From: Diadema antillarum
Lineage: Eukaryota
NCBI RefSeq assembly: GCF_040938485.1
Contig: NW_027271573.1
Coordinates: forward strand, 124,001-188,000
Direction of reading: 5' to 3'
DNA length: 64,000 nucleotides
The notes below the pieces were generated by a model. That model saw only the letters and a program-made list of their open reading frames with translations. It was not told the origin of the DNA and did not search any database. Shown piece after piece: positions 1-10,029 of the stretch. How positions within the stretch are numbered: position 1 is the first letter of the stretch; every line of letters starts with the position of its first letter. Position numbers and translations under genes: made by a program.

Positions 1-1058
1 GCATGTGAAATGACCGAAATTGCCGGTGTCCATATCGACCGCCGCTTCAAAGTACCCCCTTCAATCCGGGGTACTCCACTCCCGACAAAGACCCTGGTGG
101 CACTCAAAACCTGCTCTCTACTCCCAGACCTTAAAAGCTCCTCAATCATTGAATTTCCCCTTTTTTTTTCTCCCTGTTTCTCTCATTCTCGGTGTCCAGA
201 CGCTATCGGGAAAAATTCCTTTGCATTTCAGGGCGCTTCGATATGGAGTTCTAAGTTTCCAAGTGTTCATGCAACGAAACCTGGCCCTCTTAACGTTTCC
301 CTTCACTCCCCCCTTCTCTCTCTCCCTCCTTGTTTATCTCCCGTTTACTTTCATTTGTGGTTTTTTCTGTCACTCCCCCTCTTTCTTCCTCTTTAGGCGA
401 TACGGATGCTCTCTCTCTCTCTCCCTTTCTTTCTCTCTTTTCATCTCATTCTCTCTCTCTCTCTCTCTCTCTCCCTGTCTCTCTCTCTGTCTCTCCCTTT
501 TCTGGTGTCTTGGTGGCATGACAAAAAAATTATTTCCTCTGAACTCTGATACAGGTAATTGGTGTGTCCCATAAAAAAGAAGAAAGCAATGAAACGGACT
601 GGTTGCCGGTTGACGGCCGTCATAACATAGTGTCGGTTGGGCATAAGCATGATAAGTATATGTTTAGATTTTACTTATATTACTATGTTCGAATATATTC
701 GAACATATATTGTATTCTACCTCAAACGCATTTCATTTTTTTTTTCTGGCTATATACATCAGGAGATATGACGCACATGTAACATACGTGGAGATTTCGT
801 CTTCCAGACAGCCGTTCATGATATACTGGTAGATTGCCTCCGACGCACAGAATTCACACGTAGGCCTATACATTTTTTTTTTTTTTTGCTATACACAAGT
901 CATGCTTGTAGAAAAAAAAGTATATCAAGGAGAAATTGGTTTGTACAAGGTTTTGATTCTTTCGGGATAACAATTCTTATCTTATCTTTACTATAAAAAT
1001 CTATATACTCAATAAGTGGGTGTGTTTGTACGTGTGTGCATTTGTGTGTGTGTGTGTG

Positions 1059-1097
<39 letters not shown>

Positions 1098-1910
1098 ATT
1101 TGTCATGAGCCGACTTTGACGAAACACATGCATAGCTCGGTAATTGTTGGACCACGTATCCAGGGTGCGGCGAACGAAGGTCGCTCCAAACTAACCAAGA
1201 TGTAGCGACAACAAGTCGTTTGACGTAGGTCCGGTACATAATGAATATGATTATCTGTGGAAAGTATTCAGTGTAATGAGCGCAATTAGATTTGAATGCT
1301 AAAGACATTTAGTCGACACAACGTTTCCCCTGCGCGATAATGAAAGCGGCTCGTTATGTTCCCAATGTCTGTTTGTATGAGACATGATTCAGCTCATCTT
1401 CAACGTATAGAGGACAGACACAGCCAAACAGACATATAGCCGGAAAGGGACATTGTCATGTATCTTCCTCATTACGTGTGAATTACAGTTATACTCTGCG
1501 TTCTTCATTTATATGAATTATTAATTACACTACTTTTCCTAAAGTATTTTTTTTTTGTGGGCTGCCTATTGCACTTTATCTTTAGGCAGGAAGTGTTGTT
1601 CTATCGAGCTTTCAGCTTTTTGAAAAAGTGCGACAGTGATCGAGTCTGTGATGAGCGAAACCTCTGGGATTAATGCAAATTCATTAACGTACCCGATAGA
1701 CTTGTGCCCTTGTACCACCCGGATTAGCCGAACAAGAGACACTGCTTTCCTCTAGTGCTACACCAACAAGACACATATCCATCCGTATTATGCACACACA
1801 CACACTCGCGCATTCGTTGTAAAACGTCGTAACTGCGTCATTTTCCGTAGCGGCATCAGAGGGACAAGTTGAGATGGCTTTTTTCTTGTAATCGGCGTGT
1901 TTTCCGAATA

Positions 1911-1911
<1 letters not shown>

Positions 1912-1977
<66 letters not shown>
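1912..1977. repeat. (CA)n microsatellite; representative of many (CA)n/(TG)n tracts (e.g. 1043, 23650, 31820, 36980, 45360, 63130)
   Basis: Direct inspection. Confidence 0.97.
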
Positions 1978-1980
<3 letters not shown>

Positions 1981-2532
1981 GAACACACTCACACAGACAC
2001 ATTAAGTTTATTTTCTTTACCGTCATTAAACCCCATCAAACCCGCAATTAGACACAGACTACTCAATTACATTTATTGAACACGTCGAGACGAAAATCAA
2101 TGATTTGGGGTCGTGACACTTCACGAGTTACAGGCAGTGATGGTCGCCTGAACTAGTAATGGATGATGATGTAGGTATACTAAAATCATATGATATCCTT
2201 GGTGTTTACATGGAGATTGGACAGACAAGTAATGATCCCCCTAAACTACCAAATAACAATCAAACTTGAATGAATTTAACCGTACGATAGCACAGTTGCG
2301 TTTAATGAAATGAAAATGAAACTAAAATGAAATAAAATTTGAATTAGATTGAATTCTCCTTTTTTACACACTTAACTTCGACTTGGCTGGTACATTCTAC
2401 GTCAAAATAGCAGCAGCAGCAACAGCAACAACAACAACAGCAACAATAACAATGACAATGATAACAACAACAACAACAACAAATCATTCTTTCTCCCTTT
2501 AACGAAACCATGAGATACAGCGTCCGTTATAC

Positions 2533-2683
2533 CTTTCTCTTTGCGGTGATCTGCCGGGCACGGTTGGGTATGTTCTCACCCAGCAGTCCGTTCCCCCACA
2601 ACTTGGTGCTGATGATGGTGTAGCAGACGGCCATTATGGCCAAGGGCACGCAGTAGGTCACCACAAAGTTGGCGGCCGTGTAA
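2533..2683 (-). CDS. TACR: Tachykinin receptor-like GPCR, second coding exon (TM5 and ICL3)
   Basis: Acceptor ttcactaacAG|T after a pyrimidine tract; donor AAG|GTATAA. 151 nt; its first base completes the split Ala codon of exon 1 (phase 2), then YTAANFVVTYCVPLAIMAVCYTIISTKLWGNGLLGENIPNRARQITAKRK. This matches NK1R [35 protein letters not shown]...QVSAKRK. Confidence 0.93.
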
Positions 2684-4592
2684 CTGTTAGTGAACATACA
2701 CGTACATAGACAGGGGAAGAAAAGAAGAAAGCCAACATTAATGAAACATATCACATTGGGGAAAAAAGGAAAAAATACAATCAATTCTCGTAGTTCTCAT
2801 TAAAAGTTGTGTCTTTTGCCGATCTGACAGACTTTCCTCTTCGGGTGTAGACTTTTAACACCTTTGTTTAGCTTAGGCCTTAAATCGTGGTTTTGATAGA
2901 TCAGCTTTCTAATCTATGACTCTTTTTTTCGTTTCACGATTTGAGATGCATCCCTGTGGAATGGCATGTCGATTAAAATGATTTCTCCTGAGATTTATTC
3001 AGTCCATGTTGGTATTGTCGGTCTCTTTATGAATCCGATTTCGTCTGGAATTCAGCAAAGCATTCTTGGGATGGCAAAGGTAGAGATGGATGAGTGGCCG
3101 TTTGATGCTGGGGGGCGGCTAAGGATCTCGGGACGTTACCGGGAAGTTAAACTGCGCCCGTTTAATTTCGAGATGGGCATCGATAAAACACAAGATGTAC
3201 GAGACCGCGCGCGCCAAGGATGACGATGTGTACGGAGAACATCATCTTGTATATCACACGGGATGATAGGTTGAGGACTGGGATGGGGGAGAAAAAAAAA
3301 AGGTTTGGGGAAATCCAATCAGTCTTCCTTCGACATCAGTTGGTCGGTGGGGTCACTGGCTGATCGAGTGATATAGCGACCTGTATGGAGACGTCTCGTC
3401 ACTCACTCGGGGGATTGTGTTTAAGGCCAACAAGAGAACGCGCTCTCTTACTATCGGGTGAAGCGATACGTACAGGAGGAACTCGGTTCTATTATCCTCC
3501 CGTCCTCTCTGTTTCGTTGCGGTACAGACATGCTCATATATTCAAGTACGCACGCACGCACATATACCACACACACAACATACTAACATATATTCCTATC
3601 TCTCTCTCTCTCCCTCTTTTATTCTCTCACCCTCTATTGTATACATGTACGATGTATCACAATAAATGAACCCCGTGACTGGAAGAAATATGTCTCCAAT
3701 ATCCATTCCCAGATATCAAGAATTGCAGTCGTTTTAACAAACGTGAAATGTATGTTACCTTCCAGCATATTTATAAGACAAGAAGTTTACGTCATTTCAA
3801 TTACATGTATTGCATTTATTGCAGTGGCATTTCCGAGAAACGCATACAGAGTACGTGAACAGAGTATACAATGCTCAAGAAAAGGGCTTTTCTATAGGCG
3901 CAATCAGTGTGACAGCCAATTTATTTACCCGAGTTCATCGCTCTTTGTCCAATTGTTATTAAGTGTTCTTCCGATCTTTCATCTTTCGAAACTTAATGTT
4001 TTGCATTTATGTTTGAATTCCATAATGCTGTCTGAGGTATTAAACGTTTATGTTCCGAACAAATTCCTCATTTCAGTCCTATATCAGTCGTTGTAATTTA
4101 CAAAGAAAAAAAGAAGAAAAAAACTGATTCAACTTTGAGATTGTAATCTGTTCGTTTCACTAGTGTCAATGAACGGAATTCTATCGACACGTGATCTCTA
4201 ATCTACCATCACCATCTCAAGATTGGAAGCTCTAGACAAACAGACTTTGTTTAAAAAAAAAAATGGTGTCCATGACTGGCTAGACTTTCGTTCTTCTTTT
4301 TGTCTTTGTTTACCTCCTGTCTCGTTCTTCGTGCGTTTGTTGCTTGTGTGTGAGCGTTCTTTCAACTAGCATATGTATATGCATACTCAATTTTGATTGG
4401 AGGTTTTTGTACGTATTTTGGTGAAATACACTGACATGTTTATAGTTGTCGAAGATGCATGTTTCCTATTCTTCAAGTATGAAGGCTTCATCAACAAGCA
4501 CTTGAAGCTTCTTGATGGTCTGACTATTGAAATTATTTGTTCCTCTGTCAGAGATTTATGCTGTTTATACTGTTCTACATAAATGAATGAAA

Positions 4593-4777
4593 NNNNNNNN
4601 NNNNNNNNNNNNNNNNNNNNNNNNNNNNNNNNNNNNNNNNNNNNNNNNNNNNNNNNNNNNNNNNNNNNNNNNNNNNNNNNNNNNNNNNNNNNNNNNNNNN
4701 NNNNNNNNNNNNNNNNNNNNNNNNNNNNNNNNNNNNNNNNNNNNNNNNNNNNNNNNNNNNNNNNNNNNNNNNNNNNN
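4593..4777. other. Assembly gap (185 N)
   Basis: Run of N. Confidence 0.99.
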
Positions 4778-6597
4778 TGCGACAGCAGTTGGATAGCGAA
4801 AGGAAGATATTGATGTATTCATTCACTTATGAAAGTAATGCTTATACTATAGCAGAGGAGCACAAACAAGCCGGCAAGTTAGTGGTGGGTGGGGGTGGGG
4901 TGTGGCGGGAGGAGATTAGATAATAATGTTGAGAGGGAAAACATTCGAGCGCGTGGGATCAAATTACCGCTCATGGCATTTACGCACAAATAATAGGTGT
5001 TGACATGAATCATGTCCTCTACCGCATTATTCAACGCTGCAAATAACCGCGGCCGGATTTGCAAGCAGACAGGAAAAGCACTGAATCTTTGTTTGACGTT
5101 TTCTTCATGAACATGAGGAGGGTCTCTTGTCTCTACCCGACCAGGGGCAATTATCTGTCAGGCATTGATGACTAGAGAGGCTGGGGAAGTATAGTGGGGT
5201 TCGGGAGAAGGGGAGGGGGGGTGGGTTCTGGTGGAGGGGCACCGTATGTTCCATTCATGCGCCTTGATCACTGTTGATGTGAAACGCCAAAGTCATCAGC
5301 ATGTTGCATGTTCGCGCCGCAATTTTCATCAACTCGAAAGGCCTCACGTCTGTCTTTGCTTTATAACGATATTGCACGGAGGACGAGAAAAAACAAACAA
5401 AAAAAAAAGCTCCACACATCCCGCTGAAATCCAGATCGATGTTGCTATAACTACATGGGTTGAGGGCTGTCTTATTGAGTCCAATCGAGCTCCACGGGCC
5501 TGTAGACAAATTACGGACGTCCCCACAGCAAACAAGTATCAGGTAGATGCCTCGAAATTCAACACAAGTGTAATAAAATGACGATGGCGAAAAAAAAAGT
5601 TTATGAAATCATATTAAATGGTCAGTAGCCATTCTATAATCAAACCTTCCTCTTCTTCTTTTTTTTTCCTTCTTCTTCTTGTCCTCTTCCTCCTCTTCTT
5701 CCTCCTCTACTCCTCCCTTATTTTCTTTAAATCTTACTAAATCATTTGAAGTACAGCGGGGAGAAAGTGGAAAACTAGACTGAATACTCCTTTCATCGAT
5801 TTTTTTCGCCTGCTTGATGACATTGAATTCTTTTATCTAGTGTTTGTTCATGTGAGAAACTATGTTAGCCGTTCGAGTTACTTTTGTGAACGGCCCTCCT
5901 GTAAGCAACCCATTGTACATCACAAGCTGAATTGGGAATCAATGATATCTTTACGGAGACAAAAAAAAAAAAAGAGGACAGGTGGGGAGAAAGCGAATAC
6001 ACACGTGTGGAGGCATGCAGCACACATTAAAAAAGCAACAACTGCCGACCAAAGACATCGTGCCGCTCAAATTGAATTTGAATTTTCACCTAGTAGAACG
6101 AAGGACAAGGATGGAGGCACGTTGCTCGGTGACGGTAAATGTGTTTATAGAATGTGTTGGAAATATCATTCTTCGTGGAGCTTTTGTCCTGCATTTTCGT
6201 GGAAGTGTAATCTAGTTTTCTTTCAATTTTGCAATGGAGTGGGTAACATCAAAAGAGACTGTCAGGCTGATATTACCCGCCTTATCATGTCACTGCATCC
6301 GTCAGCAAATCACTGGCACTCCATCTATTATCCACTCTAACACCATTAAAATATCATGGTACATTGAAAAAAAAGGTATGACTCTGAATCTCAATTTGAA
6401 TACCAGAGTTATTCCTGTGTGCGTGCCATGACGTGTTTCCACACGCCATGGGTTCAGTGTGTTTATCCTATAGGCCCTATCACAAAATTGAGGATGGTTG
6501 TAGGTTAATATTTCCAGAAACTGCACTTCGCCCGCGATGATTTTGTCTTGTAGATTTCTGTATATAGCTACAGGTAGTATCAGGTAGACCTATCATA

Positions 6598-6955
6598 TCT
6601 ACAGTCGTTATCTGCCATTACAAACTGAAATAATTTTCGGTATTCCGAAAGTTTGTTATTCCGAAGTTTTATTAATCTCAAAACGAAATAAGGTTCGTAA
6701 TTCCAAAGGTTCGTCAGTAAGCAACCTCTTTTCATTTTCAGATTAATGAACCTTATTTCTTTTCGGATCAAAGAACCTTCAGAATACCTCCACAAATATT
6801 CGGATCAGGAAACTTATCGTATTTCATTAGCTGATTACCGAACATAGAGACATAAGGAAATATGTGTGTGTTTCGGAATAGGGAACCTTCGGAATAATGA
6901 ACTTTATCATTTTTATTTTCGGATTAACAAACCTTCGGAAGAGCGAACATCACCC
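6598..6955 (-). mobile_element. MITE family X copy A (arrays of inverted TTCGTTATTCCGAAGG-like subterminal repeats)
   Basis: Multiple TATTCCGAA motifs on the left face TTCGGAATA motifs on the right. The end CGAACATCACCC is the reverse complement of the start of copies B and C. Confidence 0.7.
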
Positions 6956-7039
6956 TCCTTTCTAACCACAATATTTCGTTTTTGTGCCGCAATAACAATT
7001 GTAGGACCGTTCGTTTCCTAGAAAGACAGAACCGCCTCC

Positions 7040-7408
7040 CCTTCAAGGCTTGTACTATACAAGGACATACATTCTTATCCCACCAGGCAATATGATAAAT
7101 TTCATTTACAAAATCCTAAAACGGTGATGGATCTGAAATCTATCAGAGACACTGGACCCGATATTTGGAACTCTCTTCCTTCTGAAATTCGAATTTTAAA
7201 GTCTATGTACTCTTTTAAGAAAGCTGTAAGACAATGCTGCTCTATGGATATCAGTGATCTTAAAATGTCATTGTAATTGTATTGTACATGAAATTCCCTC
7301 GTGGAAATATCGCCGTTCGGAATTTATAGCGTAATATTATGTAACCGACCATGACCTGTATCTATTCACCTGTACCTCGGTGAGAAAATACTTTGCCATG
7401 CTTACTTA
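7040..7408 (+). mobile_element. Older LINE fragment (ORF2 C-terminus plus start of 3'UTR), same clade as the 10-12 kb element
   Basis: 7070-7276 translates to HSYPTRQYDKFHLQNPKTVMDLKSIRDTGPDIWNSLPSEIRILKSMYSFKKAVRQCC...stop. This aligns with HKYPTRRSGEFHLPLLRTIFAKNSLIYVGPNYWNSLNHDLKDAPSTYSFKRRLKS in the 10252-11538 ORF. Confidence 0.85.
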
Positions 7409-8519
7409 TACCCCCATTTCACTAGACGGCGATTCCGCTACGATCATCAAAAATCGACAAAGCGCGGCGGATCGTGGCTTGATCGCTTTAAATCTTCTCC
7501 ATCGTATCTTGAGCGGTTCAGTAGCGCGAAGGATCGCCCCCATCGCTATGGTCGGCGACCTCGCTTTTGAACATGTCCGTGGTTTTAGAGCGTATCACCA
7601 TCGCCTCATGAGCGCATTAAAAGCGCCACATTCGTAGCTTTGACAGAATAGCATCGCGCAAAGCGTAACTCAAGCGCATCAAAAGCGGCTCCCATCGCCC
7701 ATGAAAATTACCACTCTTACAGTATTACGTAACAGGAACCAACCATGAACGATAGAAAGTGATGCACAGACCAGGAAGGTGGACATGGAGAAAAACGCAT
7801 AAAATTCATTTTTCCACGCACACTCGGTACGAATCTGCTCTGTTTATTAAATTGTTTGTTTGTCATATATCATTGCAAGACAATGAAAGTAGTTAAGTTG
7901 TAATCTTTTCAGATATATCTGCATAAACTGTCTCATCGTAGGATACGATTTGTAGTTTGCTCGTAAGCCGGTTCTTTAATATTATACACCCTTTACCCTT
8001 TTAATTGAATGGATGACTTAACTAATAGTGCAATTTCATATTAGGTTCTAACTGGTGTGTTCTAGAATGCTAAGATGTAAGGGTAGAACCATATACGTTT
8101 GTATTCTGCATATCCATGTTAATTTGACACTGACATCTGCCTGAAGACATTCAATCATGAAACACATTTTATACCCCGATCGCTTGAGATCGTAGCATGA
8201 GCCCGGCGTAAACGTATCACTGTCGCTCCGATCGTATCACTGTTGTAGCGAGGTCTTGATAAGCGTACGAATATCGCAACACAGTCGGTTCGATCGCAGA
8301 TGCAGCGCGTCTCGTCGGCCTGGAAACGCGGCAACAGCGTGGCAGAGTCGTATTATCATCGTGGCGCTATCGCCTACAGCGCAGGTTGAGCGTGGAGAAA
8401 CCGTAGTGTAATCGCCTCGGAGGCCAAAAATGGAGACGGACGGCGATCGCGCCACGATTTGTTAAATCGTCAGAGCTCGCCGTGGTCGCCATGGTCGCCT
8501 TCCTAGTGAGATGGGGGCC
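7409..8519. mobile_element. Non-autonomous DNA transposon, Harbinger-like (~1.1 kb)
   Basis: TIRs CCCCCATTTCACTAG (7411) and CTAGTGAGATGGGGG (to 8517, 14/15 match), flanked by TTA and TAA. CG-rich subterminal CGATC/GCG repeats surround an AT-rich core. Confidence 0.7.
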
Positions 8520-8649
8520 TAACTAATCAGTGATCCAGGTGATCTAACTTTGTGTAAAGCTTTAGCGAAAGCAGACAGACCTCTCCCTTTTATCCTTTCT
8601 CCTTTCTTCTTTCCTATCTCTATGCAAGTCATCACTCCCTCCTATGTTC

Positions 8650-9204
8650 CTATATGTTATGTATTATGTACGAGGGTTGCATGCAAATTAAGCAATGCTT
8701 AAGCTGTAGCCCTTCTGTATTATTTATTGCATCACTGATATGTTTTGTTGTACATTGTAAAGGCAATGAAGAAACTCTATTGCTGTATATCCTTAAGGCA
8801 ATGGAGAAACTTATTTTGTTAACAATTAACGTTTCTGTATATGGGTGCTGTTCGTTATTCCGAAGGTTCGCTATTCCGGTGGTTCGTTAATCCGAAACAC
8901 ACAAATTCGCTATACCTAGTGGTTCGTTAATCCGAACATTTGTGGCGTTATTCCTAAGGTTCGTTATTCCGAAGATTTGTTGATCCGAAAATAAAATTCG
9001 GAATAACGAACCTTCCGAATAACGAATCTTCGGACTGAAGAGCCTTCGGAATAACGAATCTTCGGAATAACGAGCTGTAACCAACCACATATATGTATGG
9101 CACCAACAATGTATATAGGGCCCAATATATGTGTATGTATATCTGCATGAGCAATGATATAATGCAGGAACCAAAAAATCAAATCAAATCAAATCAAATC
9201 AAAT
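8650..9204 (+). mobile_element. LINE 3'UTR/tail remnant interrupted by a MITE
   Basis: Imperfect hairpin AGGGTTGC...TAAGC...GTAGCCCT at about 8672-8713, of the same style as the 12069 stem-loop, and an (AAATC)n tail at 9176-9204. Confidence 0.5.
8843..9082 (+). mobile_element. MITE family X copy B
   Basis: Starts GGGTGCTGTTCGTTATTCCGAAGG and ends CTTCGGAATAACGAGCTGTAACC; internal inverted arrays of the same motif. Confidence 0.8.
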
Positions 9205-9309
9205 ATGCAAATTAAAACAAAAATATTCTATTACCAGTGCATTCTTTAAAGTGAAATATCATTCGAGGAGCTTTGTGTATGTGTGTGTGAGTGTGTGTGT
9301 GTATATATA

Positions 9310-9340
<31 letters not shown>

Positions 9341-9944
9341 ATAAAATTTCTGCCAGTAACGCGGCCGTAATTTCATTTCAAAGCATCACATCAATAATTA
9401 TTTCAGCATATTACGTAAGAACTTGTTAACATGAAAGACCTACCATTCAAGCCTTGTATGGTTTCCCCGGCAACGGAGAACGAAACACAGCAAATGCCAT
9501 GTTGACAACTGGATTTCCCAGAAGTACTCGAGGTATTGAGTGTGGGCAAGAATAGTGCAAAAATTATCATGTTGTCATCAAATTGGCACTTCTGAATTTT
9601 CATTGCATATCCTATAATGGTAGAAGATTAGATGGAAGTGGCTGAATTCATAACCTCTGCACGGAATCAAGAAAGAGAATAAAAATGATATTGCCAATTC
9701 AAAGATCAATAAATATAGTGATTACGAGGCTTTTGACATTTGTGTAATCGAAATAAACGATCAAGAATGCTAACAATGAAATCGAAAGAAAGAACATATT
9801 ATTTTATTGTACCTTATAAAACACTGAAAATGAATACTGAAACTTATGACAAAGGGATTTACAACACTTCGCCTCTGTTTCGACATTTCCACAACGTTTG
9901 ATCACAGAGTAGATTTTATTTATTGGTTTATTGATTGCTTTTTG

Positions 9945-10027
9945 CTTATTTATTTATTTATTCATCTCTAGTCTTTTATCAGGGTAGCCCATTCACCAGT
10001 AAGTAGTGGTCTTCCATGGGGTCCTGA
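9945..10027 (-). mobile_element. Short retroposon 3' end (LINE or SINE tail)
   Basis: Minus strand reads CAGGACCCCATGGAAGACCACTACTTACTGGTGAATGGGCTACCCTGATAAAAG followed by an (AATA)n tail; similar to the tail of the SINE at 35671-36010. Confidence 0.6.
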
Positions 10028-10029
10028 AT

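Noticed and set aside
10-574. ORFs of 128 and 184 aa at the window start
   Set aside because: Extended by CT-rich low-complexity DNA; no family motifs. No TM6 exon (VVKM-like) was found in 1-2532 either.
2684-2692. Perfect CACTAAC branch-point motif at the exon-2 acceptor
   Set aside because: It abuts the AG, too close to act as the branch point.
4565-4826. ORFs spanning N gaps (also 20130-20675 and 36200-36853)
   Set aside because: Artefacts of N runs lacking stop codons.
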